Of a DNA stretch of 64,000 nucleotides, positions 19,976 through 32,242 are shown one piece after another. Position 1 is the stretch's first letter, and each line of letters starts with the position of its first letter. The position numbers were made by a program, and so were the translations under genes. This stretch comes from Hormiphora californensis (taxonomy: Eukaryota > Animalia > Ctenophora), in contig CM035351.1 of NCBI GenBank assembly GCA_020137815.1, forward strand, positions 2,666,001-2,730,000. Reading direction: 5' to 3'. The notes under the pieces are model-generated. The model had not been told where the DNA came from. It saw nothing but the letters and a program-made list of their open reading frames with translations, and made no database searches.

Positions 19976-22900
19976 ATGTCACTGAAAACGATGCCAATCC
20001 TGTTCTTTAATCTTGGCGGGGAAATGCTCTACATATTGGACCAACGTCTCCAGGTTGACACCCCAAACCATATACTTGAATTTCTTATAACAATAATAGT
20101 TACTAGTGTTGGTATTTATTATTAACTGGACCGTTGTTTTCAGGCCCAGAACATCCCTCCTGAAAAGTGTACCAAAGTTATTCACGACATAGTGAACACC
20201 ATGATTGCCAACTCCTTTATTGACGAGCTATTCAAGCCACAGGTACCTTAGTGTGTTAAGTCACATCTATAATATGTTACACCTGACTAGACCTCCTACT
20301 GAGAGTTTCTGTCTCCTCCCACTATATGCAAGTTGTTAGTACAACTCTCTCATTTTCTCATCCTTCCCTTCAGTATCGATTATATCACCCCCTTCAACAC
20401 ATCAAACAGCCCCTGCTCTGTAACATGTCATGTTATCAGGTTGTATACAGTAAAAGGGCAATGCGGGCTCTTTTCGACCGACTGGCACATTCCTCCATCA
20501 TGAGACTCAATTCGAACAGCATGGATAAACTATTCGATCTTATGACCATGGCCGTCAAATATCAGGTCAGTCAACTACACACATAATGAGTATTGCGTGC
20601 TAGTGACGAACGTTGAATGACGATCTTGTCGCTGCAACAATTTTAATTTATGACATCTAGACGGTAGACCCCGTTAGATTGAACTTAACGTGACGCGCGA
20701 AGTCTCAATAATGTGACAAGTGCGCGATGGTACTGTTCTGTGTTCGCGCGCGGCGCCCTGTGTGCCGACAAGCGACCCTGCTGCTTTTACATCTGCTGCT
20801 CACAGCTGTCATGTGTGAGTTATTGTGAAGGGACCAGGTGCCTGGTGCAGCAATTTTATCTGTTTGTTTACTGTTACAAGTTCTACATTCTACGGGTATC
20901 AAATTTCTCTCATCTCCCCCATTCTATCACCAGGTTTCGTTATGTCAAAGGCCCCAGGAGATCCTCTTTGTTACATTCAACCACTTGGATGCCTTGATGA
21001 ATTATTGTAAGGGAGACAAGGAACTTCATGCCATGACTGTGAAACTGTTTAATGATTTCGTAGACCGCTATTCACAACTTACACCCGGACAATTCCAGTT
21101 ACTCCGATCTACCCTACTCTCATATTTTCAGGTTCGTAAAACAACATTATCAAGATTTGATTTTTTCTGAACAACTGTGATATCACAATAAAACAGTCTG
21201 GTTCCCTAATCTTCCTTTTAACTCTGGTAGCACTCTCAATATTTCAGTGTCCTCAATTTCATTATAATCCCATTTCTCAAAGTCTCTCATAGAGTCGCCC
21301 CACTGCGGACCAGCTGAGGCACCCCTGACACTCACCCGACTAGTCCACTCCTCCTTGCTCTTTACTTTATAGTGGTTCAGCTGGAAGATATTATTTGTAC
21401 ACAGTTGGGATCGTGGGTCTTGGTCGCTGCGTCAAAGTTCTCCGAGACCAGGGGTCTACCGGAGACAAAAACGGGGAAATGAATGGCCTTCATACGAAGG
21501 AAGTATTTAGGCTGAATGATCGGTTTACAAAGTCTATCCATCTGATCTCTCCTCCTAGTGTACGACTCAATAACGGGTGTTATGGGCTTCTTAACATGTC
21601 CATTACTCCCAAACCAGGCCCACCCTAACAGAACCCCACCAAACTCGGTGTACCCCTGCAACAATTCCCTCAAACTCCCACTAGAATCCCTGGTAAACAG
21701 GAACTCGTCATCATCAATCAGAGCTGTCCACTCTGAGTTACATCCATACCTGCTGAGAGCATGGACTATACCATTTTGTTGGGTTTTAACCCACCCCTGC
21801 ATGTGCCCGTCTCGATAGTGGACGTCAGGCCATGGAATGAGGGTGACAATATTGGCGTTAATGTAGGGTTGTAGCACTGCTGTTAGGTTGTCTTTGGAGT
21901 TGTTGTCCAACAGGTAGAAGTGTCCTACCCCCACTATCCGGTGGTATTCAATCCACTCTCGAATGTAGCCTGCAGAGTCCTTGGTGATGGAGGTTATTGT
22001 CAAGGGGTATACAGTGGTGGGGTTGCACTTTCTGGCCAGATCAGAATCAACTATCTCCCCACGAAGTACAAAGGAGACATCAACGAGGGAGAGGTAGACG
22101 AGGATGGGAATCAGGAGGATCATTAGCAGGGTACATCGCTTGGAAAAATGCATCATCTGAAACGGCAGGATGACAATTGTCATAAATATCAAACATGATG
22201 TATGAATTACAAGTTTATTGCAGATTACATGGGCACAACTCTAGGCAATTCTCTCTAGTTTCAAGTCGAACAAAGGGGGAATTACAGTACGGTTCCGTTA
22301 CAAAGATCGTGGATGAAAGATGATATGTACCTCGAATATCACTTCAATCTAATTGTCGTGTGATGTGTACTGTTCTAAACTGTTCTAGTTTCTACCTGGG
22401 TGCCATCAGTAATGTACCAACAAACAGTGCAGCTGTTGTCTCTCGTCTCGGTCTAGAGAGTCCCTTGATAATTTTTTATTTGAAAGCATTAACAATTAAT
22501 TAATCAATATTATAGTTGCATTGTAAAACTATTTTAATTTGCACTCTAGCACTCTGCACTCTTGCAAAGTAACCCCTCCAAAAGTTAGATCCAACGTCGA
22601 CAATGATAATACGTAGTAGGTACATGTGCGAGAGTTTAGAACTATAACAATGATTCAGGAGCACATGATTATGCATGAGAATAGCAAGCACGTGTTAGAG
22701 CAACAGATGTGTGCTCCGTTTTCTTGTTAAGGTCAGAGGTGGCTCACCCCTTACTCTACAACTATTTTTCAGGGGGCGATTGTTTAGAGGTGCTCACGTT
22801 ACTATTACTGTAACATGAGCACCTCTAACAGGGGTGATGTCGCTCCGCCCACACCTGGTACCCACATAGTCACATAGTCACATACTAACTGCATAGTCAC

Positions 22901-24626
22901 ACCTGATACCCACATTGTACCTGATAGAGTTATAAACTAGTGGGTGACGCAGCATGAGTTGGAAGTGGGGGTTGGAGCACCGGGAGATAATGAGTAAACA
23001 CACGCACACACATTGAGCAAGCTCAGTTTAGCTAATTTCCGGCGATGATTCGGTACCTAAATTGAGCTTGCTCAATGTGTGTGTGTTTACTGACGCAGCA
23101 TGGTTTTCAGGGGCCGATAATTCTCGTCAAATGACACGTGTTTATTGCAGGACCAGCACGTTAGAGTGTCTATATTCCTGAAGGATGGTCTACAAAACGA
23201 CAAGGGCCGATTCATCCTTCCCTTTGGAGGAAATGTTCCACTGGGTATCGAGGTGAGATCTTAGTAGAATCCTATGTTCCCAGTCTGACCACTCTCACAC
23301 CAGGCCGAAGAGATGGCTTTCTATTGTCTTGCTACGAAGTCTGACGCTCATACTGGGCCATCGCCCACAGACTGGGAACATGTCAAGCTTTCTATTGATT
23401 ATAATTTGCTCAAATGAAATTCAGATTCATGACAGGAGAATCCTCTCTCTAATTACTTCTCTCACAAAAGTTTGTTCTCCCCCTAAAAGATTCCCCTCTC
23501 AGGTTCCCGGGTGTATCCGTGTTCACAAGGAGCCCATTCAGACGAAATCATTCCCAGTCCAGTACTCCTACCAAGCCTTCGGAAAGATTCCCAGTATCGA
23601 GATTGAAGGAAATAGAGCAACACCCCTCGGCAACAACATTTACTCTTCAAGTACAACTACAAATAAATCGGCGAACACAAACCAAACAACGGGCAGTGGA
23701 GCCAAAACAAGGAAACTGGTATGTACAATGTACATTATTAATTTGGTCAATGTGGTATTACATACCTACATAGGAAGGTCCACATGCAGTGTATTAAAAC
23801 AACATAGTACACACTTAGCACACGTGTGTTTTAGTAAATTGGAACACAATGCACCAGCTGCCTGGTCTGAGTCGGATAGCTTCCTATCTCGTGGTACATG
23901 GTATACAGTTACACAGCTACATGTGTCTCTGTTTCCTACCCCCCCCCCCCCCATGATACTGACCCTTCTCCCAAACAGGAGGGTTCGGAGAGTTATGTGT
24001 GTCACGTGATGCCCATATATGGTGTTGTATAATCCCCCCCTCGTACTGACCCATCCCCCAAACAGGAGGGTTCGGAGAGTACAGCTGAGTTGTCCATGCT
24101 GGCCACCCTCCTTGGTTCAACTGCGCCCCCTCCACCAAACGCCCTCCGAATCGACCTATTTGGGGATAGCTACTGTGAGATGGAGGATGCAAAGGATGCG
24201 GGGGCGGCTCCACTTAAAACAGAAAATGGCTGTATAAAGGTCGATGTGAAGAGAGGAGATAGAAATACACTACTAAACATCGCTAATGTGAGTGTTTTAG
24301 ACCATTGTTCCCTGACCCTACTCTCATTTTGGAGGGCAGCGGTCAGAGCATTGACCTGACAGTAGCTTTTAATGTTTGACAGTTAATTACTTTTTTGGTA
24401 ACGGTAACAAACACATTGCCATCCTCTCTTTTTACACCACTCCCTCCTCCTTTCAATTAAAACTCCCCTCCTCCGCGGCAGTCCGCTCCCTCCTCCCCTT
24501 CCTCCGACCTCCACTAATAAAACTTCCCCTCACCAGACGTTCGACTCAATGGATATCAAGGTGAAGGCGACTATGTCAAAAGGGGAGGATCTGTTATCTC
24601 TCATGGACACACTTGAGGATGATTAG
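19976..24626 (+). CDS. OSCP1: OSCP1 (NOR1/C1orf102) homolog; exons 19976-20053, 20144-20242, 20440-20565, 20934-21131, 23151-23252, 23503-23718, 24066-24287, 24537-24626
   Basis: Spliced product MSLKTMPILFFNLGGEMLYILDQRLQAQNI...LFDRLAHSSIMRLNSNSMDKLFDLMTMAVKYQV...DQHVRVSIFLK...KGEDLLSLMD matches hallmark OSCP1 motifs. All junctions are GT-AG and in frame. Confidence 0.92.
21183..22183 (-). CDS. GT92 / GT2-like glycosyltransferase nested antisense in OSCP1 intron 4; apparent frameshift at ~21400
   Basis: Type II TM anchor, YIREWIEYHRIVGVGHFYLLDNNSKD and WTALIDDDEFL (DxD). The C-terminal IFQLNHYKVKSKEEW...NEIEDTEIL...* continues in another frame to TGA at 21185-21183. Confidence 0.8.
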
Positions 24627-26339
24627 ACACTCATAACACAATGGTTTTTAGGTTAAAAAATGGGAACCCAGAAATCTTGAATAACTTACAATCACAAACA
24701 TGTTAAAACACCATGCTCTCTCAAATATTCAAACATAAAAATCAGCATAGTGCATACTTTTGTTTTTCACCCCACCATAGTCACAATGTTGGTAAAATAA
24801 TGTTCATTGGTAAAATAATACAATTACAATCACAATCTTAAATTCATGCTATTTATCACGAGAAACTGAAACTCTGAACAAATAAAACTGTACAGTTCAA
24901 ATAGTCTTTTTTCATCTTTTATTAGACGTGAGAAGGATAAAAAGTGATACAATAATGATACCGACGAATGCCATAACAACGACAAATGTTCCAAGGTGAT
25001 CACACCATATCCCAACAAAGTCAGCACACACATTCTTCGCGACCTCACGCCTGCAGGTAATGGGGGAAGTGTGCAGTTTAGTAAAACACACAGATTGCAA
25101 AATATGAATATCATTTGATTTTTGGCACAATAGTTGTGTGGCCCACAACGCTCTGTGAGGGTTCGGTAGATCAAAGTAGTATATCATAGCTGCAGTTGAT
25201 ATGATATGAAGCAACATTTGACACTTACACACTGTAGTCTGCTGGTAGGGTAGTCCCAACTGCTTGCTTGAAACCCACCGTCAGGAATCTTTCGAAAGCG
25301 GAGACTGATAAATCATGCATCGGCATCCAAAACATCTTATTGCCTCGAAACCTGGCGGAAATTTATTTAATTCGATATTTATTGTCACTAAGATTGTTGT
25401 TAGTAATTTAAAAGTGTGGTCGGGGATACCCGATTAACCTAAAAAGATTTGAATTCAGTAGATGTTTATTGTTTTTGTTGTTGTAAGAAGAGTGAGAATT
25501 GTGTATTATAGTGTACACTATATAATGTATATGTACTTACAGCATTATTCGATTCGCTTGAGATATGTTGTATTTCTTTTGAATTCCTGGAAAAGATATG
25601 GAAATTAATAACTTTAATTAAGTGCTGGCATGTGGTCAGTCTCATTCAGTGAATGATTCCCATCTCTGTTTCAATTCGCTCCCCATTCTCTCTCTTGGAT
25701 TATGGAAGATGTGTACATTGTGTATTTGAAGGGCAAATGTACATATTCAATACTGCTCACATTTGCAGATTCAATCTGAGATTGCAACTAGTATTATAGG
25801 CAACTTGCAATGTATGGACGAGTTTGGGGGACAGAGTCTCTGAGTCAGACCAGACTACTGTCCACGTGCGCGCGCCATCTGCGCGCTCAGAGATTCTGAA
25901 AATAACAGCTGAGTCATCGCGCCTTCCAAACACGTATCTTTGTTGTGGCCAAATGGCACACACGCTCGTTGTGGTCACTTATCGCTCAATGCCTGAGTAC
26001 TGAGTTCAATAAAACTCTTTTACTAAAACAGGCCGGGCAGATACATTTTCCAGCCTTGATTGTGATGTTGGGATGAGTAGTATTCAGGCAAAACGTAAGT
26101 TTGGTCAAGAAATATCCAACTAAATAGGGTTAGAAGTTCTGTCGCCTGTGAAGTACTCTCAATAAGTTGTAAATAGGCAAAATTTTCACTTGTAAAATGT
26201 ATATTCCCCTCTCCTACTATTTCCCTATGCTGTTACTGTGACAGATGCCGAGACGGATGTGTCGTGAGAGTGTAATCATCAGCGACGGAAGTGTTTGTAA
26301 TTTGGACAATGCGATTTTCGTTAATTATCACAATTTTAA

Positions 26340-26395
<56 letters not shown>

Positions 26396-27228
26396 TCTCT
26401 CTCTCTCTCCCTCTCTCTCTTTATCTATCTCTCTCTCTCTCTCTCTCCCAATCTTTCTATCTTTGAAACTGTCATGTCAACTCACTTGGATGTTCATCAA
26501 GATCCAGCATACCAAACCGGCACGGAACTGCAATACTGAAAATAAAGAAAACTGTGATGTTACAATAATTATATTTTCCAATGCTTTTTGTGAATCTTTG
26601 AAACTTCCTTGTTTATGTCAACTACTTCTCATCATAAAAGATGAAGAAGTTTTGATAAAACAACTTACCATCGGGCGGCACACTGAAGACAAGTAGCACT
26701 CACATCGAGCTCTCTCCATGGTTTAGTATACCTAGAGTGAGTTTTATAGTTTAATATAGTTATACAATCATGATAGTACTACAGCTGACGGCTACTAAAA
26801 GTGATTGTGGGTTGGCTCGATTAACTGTGAGACTTGACATTAATGACGTATCGTCTCAGTATACTTACACGATGAGAAATGCGGGTTCATTTCCATGGGC
26901 TAGTTGTATAAACTCATTATGGGTCAAATTAGTGAGGTCAACCGGGGGGCATATCCAAACCTTGGTTTCCATTATCGATCATAAAATCTATAAATTAGTT
27001 GTTAATCATTAGGTGACAGGTAGAATCCAGAAATCTTCAATTAAAAAGAATGAATGTATGGAATGAATTATACAAAAGTCAAAGTAAGCAACCTGGACCT
27101 AAAGCTTGTCAATTTTACAGGGCACCCGCACTTCTCGAGTATCACTTTAACCAAACATGGAGAGGGGTGTGCTGCTGCATCTGTCAAGAGTACCATGATC
27201 TTGACAACGAAGAGAAAGAGAGAGAGGA

Positions 27229-27332
<104 letters not shown>

Positions 27333-27438
27333 AAGAGAGAGAGAGAGAACATACACTTTTTAGGAATATGTATATGGTGCACTTTGCCCGGTAGAAAATA
27401 AATGAAAACTGGAGCTGTCACTGTCGGTCTGGCAATGT

Positions 27439-29000
27439 TAGCAATTCAATATATCAATAGGATATTTTCATTTAGTTCCGGATCCGTTTATGCAAAGAGA
27501 GTGATTAACCAGAAAGTCATACAACAAAGTTGGGATACTGCCATGCTAGATTATGGTAGCGGTATACCACATTCAATGTTGACATAACACGTTGTTTGTA
27601 GCACAATAACTACAAAATAGCCCGGTACCGTTTGAAAAACCACCAACAGAATATGATCAAGAGTATATTATAATATAGATAACCCCGGTTAGTAGAGGGA
27701 TGAAATCTGATATACCAGCCTATTAGGCTGGTATATCAATACGATATCCACGAGGAACGGAGTGACGAGGGGAATATCGTGTGATAATCCCCGTAGGGGA
27801 TTATCAGATTTCATCACTTTACTAGCCGTGGTTATTTCTTATAAAACGACCCCGGGAATTATGAAAGGTGTGAAAACAGAGGGAGGGAATTATTTGATAT
27901 ACCACAGTAGACTGCGGGAAATATCAGCAGGGGGGGTGGTTTATAACAAGTCAAAACATGATGTTCCTACATTTGAGACTTCACGGGAGAACCAGAACCT
28001 AAATATGGGTGGGCACTACACAGCTATAACAAGTTGCAGTTGTGGTGCAGATCTCCATCGGCACTGGATATGGGAATGACTCTGTCTGTGAAGTCCGGCA
28101 TGTGTTAGCCTGTCACGCAGATACAAGATACTGATGAGAGGAGAGAGGGAGAGATAGGAAGAGAGAGAGATCAGAGATCGAGTAGAGAGAAATAGAAAAG
28201 CAAAAGAATCCACGCCAAACAAGAGACCCAGAGGAATTTAGAGAAGATGGGGGGGGCCATGGCACTGTAGCAATTCAATATATCAATAGGATATTTTCTT
28301 TAGTTCAGGATCCGTTATGCAAAGAGAGTGATAACCAGGAACAGAAAGTATACAACAAAGTTGAAGGATACTGCCCATGAGAATTAGGGTGGTTTTAGCG
28401 TTACCACATTCATGTTGACATAACACGTTGTTTGTAGCACCATAACTACAAAATAGCCCGGTTTACCGTTTGAAAACCACCAACAGAATATGATCCAGGA
28501 GTTATATTATAATATAGATAACAACGGTTAGTATAGGGATGAAATCTGATATACCAGCCTATTAGGCTGGTATATCAATACGATATCCACGAGGAACGGA
28601 GTGACGAGGGAATATCGTGTGATAATCCCCGTAGGGGATTATCAGATTTCATCACTTTACTAGCCGTGGTTATTTCTTATAAAACGACCCCGGGAATTAT
28701 GAAAGGTGTGAAAACAGAGGGAGGGAATTATTTGATATACCACAGTAGACTGCGGGAAATATCAGCAGGGGGGGTGGTTTATAACAAGTCAAAACATGAT
28801 GTTCCTACATTTGAGACTTCACGGGAGAACCAGAACCTAAATATGGGTGGGCACTACACAGCTATAACAAGTTGCAGTTGTGGGTGCAGATCTCCATCGG
28901 CACTGGATATGGGGAATGACTCTGTCTGTGAAGTCCGGCATGTGTTAGCCTGTCACGCAGATACAAGATACTGATGAGAGGAGAGAGGGAGAGATAGGAA
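27439..29000 (+). repeat. Tandem duplication (27439-~28160 and ~28267-29000); second copy indel-rich
   Basis: Collinear sequence with many 1-nt indels at 28290-28530 and degenerate GA sequence after it, so possibly an assembly artefact. Confidence 0.7.
27669..27945 (+). mobile_element. Bipartite TATA-flanked non-autonomous element; copies at ~28508-28783, 35396-35572 (module A only), 36351-36458 (module B) and 36455-36750 (inverted)
   Basis: TATAATATAGATAACC...GGTTATTTCT-TATA-AAACGACCCC...GGGGTGGTTTATAA, with internal hairpins GATATACCAGCCTATTAGGCTGGTATATC and GATAATCCCCGTAGGGGATTATC. Confidence 0.7.
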
Positions 29001-29832
29001 GAAGAACAGAGAGAGAGATGAGAGCAGGACGAGAGAAGAGAGAGAGAGAGGAGAGAGCGAGAGAGACGGAGAGAGAGAGAGAGAGAAGACGAGGAGAGTG
29101 AAAGGAAGTGAGTGACTAGGAGATGAAGCAGGGATATCAGAGGACGTAGAGTAGAGATGGAGAGTGATGCAATTGGATACGAAGATATCGAGGATCAGAA
29201 AGAGAAAAAAGGAGAGAATATATAAAGGAAGCTACATCAGTTATCCTGAGAGAGATACAGATAGCATATTGACAGATCCGTATCGGCAGATGTTAGCTAT
29301 ATGAAACAGCATTGAAACTACTACGCAGTAAAAATGCTATGGAAAATTACGGAAACTATTAATCTGAGGAATCACAGAAAGAGAACTGAACAGCAATAGA
29401 AGAATAAAAATAAAAGAGCTAACTAGTATGAGAGAGAGCTAGATCGGTGAGGAAAGGGAGGGAAAGAAAGATAGAGATACTAATAATAACCCGCTATACT
29501 ACGAAGACAGATCTGACTTATAGTAAGGGAGCTATAATCGCACAGATTCTGGAGGACATATTAGAGAGTGAAGAAAGAGAAGAGAAGAGAGGAGAGAGCG
29601 AGAGGGAGACAGAGAGGGGAGAGAGAGAGAGAGAGAGACGAGAGAGAGAAGGAGAGAGAGAGAGAGAGATAGAGAGAGAGAGCGAGAGAGAGAGGAGAAG
29701 AGAGAGGAGGAGAGGGAGAGAGAGGGAGAGAGAGAGATCGGGGAGAGAATAGAGAATGAGAGGAGGAAGAGAGATATAGAGATAGGTAGATACTATTTCC
29801 TATATAGGATATCTACTCTCTAGCGATCTCTG

Positions 29833-29886
<54 letters not shown>

Positions 29887-31917
29887 CTTTTCTCTCTCGC
29901 AAAGCACACACAGAGTTGGGAACTCCAAAACTAGAGAGCCCATTTTCTAGCTCTTAGAGTGTTTTTAGGCAGACAGAAGATCTACATGTGACAGCAATAT
30001 CATACTATAAGGAATGATAACAAACATCCATGAATTTTACCATTATGTTACCTTGTTCGACCCTCCCTTGACCCTCCCTTCCACAAAACAACCATAATGT
30101 AGCAGAACGAACTAAAAGATTTATCAACTCGACAGGGAGGAATGCATGGCAGTACTGCAGCAGGTGTCTGAACCGTAGTTCTCGGGCCATGGGACACGCG
30201 TAACAAATATCATGAGAACGGCAGGGATATTGGGACTTCTGACAATTGTGGGAAAGATGAGAAATGTTAACTGTGTGTGATAGATCCCGTGACTGCATTT
30301 TGAAATTTGGCTTTATATGTGATTTGATAAGAGTATTAAATAGCCAATTAAATTTAGGCAACAGCTCTATAAATTGTGGGATAATTAAGGGCTGGTTATA
30401 AGTGATAAGGGGTGATCATCATTATGATTTATTATATGTTTATGATCACTTGACGCATAATCGGAAGGTGTTTATGTGGTGGGTTAGATTGGATAACCAT
30501 GGGAATTTATTAACTTCAACGAAACATCCACAAAACACAAAATTAAGACTTCCGCATGAGCCATTAATTTGCCTAATAACAGCTGTTCCTCGCTTCATGA
30601 CAACTTTATTTTCGTCCCGAGAGCAGAAGACAGAAAATAGCATAACAGTAATAATTCAGGGCGTCTCATTCACCAGAGATAGGTTGCAAAATTATAATAC
30701 TAGGGTAGTATTATACTTAGTATAATACTTAGTATAATACCCTATAGTAGTATAACATACTAGGGTACTTTCATCCAAGACCAAATCCAAGTTTGTGCTC
30801 GAATAAACATTATAACATACAGTACTATATTATTCGGCCACATGAACATAATAATAAGGCTTCAAGAAATGTCACAATCAGTAATCACGTACTATAGAGG
30901 GAGAAAAACAGAAAGAGAAATGGAGATCGACAGAGACGCATGGTGCATGCTAGGGGTTTCACCTTTCTATATCTCTATCTCTATCTCTATCTCTATATCT
31001 TGATCTCTATCTCTATATCTCTACGATCTATCTCTATAGTTGTCAGTCGCATATATCTAGGATCATCCGTATGCTATCGCACATATCTTCCCGCATGTTT
31101 TATGTTACTAGACGTCTCAATATTTGGTGACAGCCAACAATTCAACCATGGTTTACTGTTTACCAAATTCAAAGGACCAGTACGACTAAATCGAGCTGTC
31201 AGGAGAGAAAGAGAGAAGAACTTGCTGTCAAGAAAAGTTCTGTATATCTGCCAAAAGAACTGCGAGATTGAGACGGGGAGGACATGAATAGATGTTAAAA
31301 TCTACTAGTAGTAAGACAGTTGTTGTTGTTCATATTTTATCTCGCCTGCAGGGGCTTTTCTGATTGCTCTATTTCGTGTTAGTAAGACTTAAAAGGACAC
31401 TTATTTCTATACCGTGCAACGTGCCAAGTTTATTGTGAACAGAACCTGTATTTATTGCAGGAAATAATGAGGAATAATATTATATAATGCCGTCCCTGTC
31501 AGAGAAATGATATTATGTATGTCTTAGGCGAGAGATGAAAGAATAGTTATTGTACTTACGCTGTTCACTAAATTTCTGTCGATTTACCAGCAGGTACATA
31601 TGTAAACCTTGCATAAGAACTCTCATGGTACCTTTTATACGATTAAAGTAGAACTACCGATTACTTACTGCATAATTCTAATTCTCTAGGAATTGTCGAT
31701 TCAAAATTTACCACAAAACGCTGCAACCGGAACCCCAAGTGCTTCTGTGGAGTGTGGTCTTACTCGCGTATAGGTCTCAATCAAGCTGTTTTGGAAAATA
31801 ACAGCACACAAAAGCTCCAACGTCCCTAATCCTAACCCTACTTTAGCCCTAACCCCGCTGGCCCTGATGCGGGGTCTGTAGCATAAAGAATTTTTTGAAA
31901 ATGCTACTGACCCTATT

Positions 31918-32204
31918 GCAGCGCAGGATAAGGCAGCGCTTTTCAAAAGAAAAGCAAAAGCGCTTTTCAGTTTTCACAAAGAAGTTTCAAGCTCCTCAAA
32001 AACGTCGCGTTTAAAACAGAAAAGTTCTAAAAAAATTCCAAAAATGTGTTCGAGGCGCGCGCGGCGTTCATGGGACGCGCAGATTTGGTATTTGCGCGTC
32101 GGAGCAAAATCGAGTGCGGATGTCTTTTTTTATATTTAAAAAACGCTTCAAAAAATTTGTCTTTTTTTCAAAACGTTGAAAAGCGCTGCCTTATCCCGCG
32201 CTGC
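31918..32204. mobile_element. MITE fragment with inverted repeats (related sequence at ~12449-12478)
   Basis: GCAGCGCAGGATAAGGCAGCGCTTTTCAA ... TTGAAAAGCGCTGCCTTATCCCGCGCTGC. Confidence 0.6.
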
Positions 32205-32242
32205 CAGCAACGTTTGCCAATTCAAAACGCTTTTATCGAAAA

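Noticed and set aside
24830-25980. Minus-strand gene ending in a hydrophobic C-terminal helix
   Set aside because: Splice sites are plausible, but I could not build a consistent frame or recognise homology.
28260-29830. Rapidly diverging duplicate or novel purine-rich coding region
   Set aside because: The indel pattern and scrambled GA tract look like low-quality consensus sequence.
31824-31856. Telomere-like CCCTAA repeats
   Set aside because: Short and degenerate, within a MITE-associated region.
32176-32242. N-terminus of the 550-aa retrotransposon ORF
   Set aside because: Derived from the adjacent MITE; the element is 5'-truncated.
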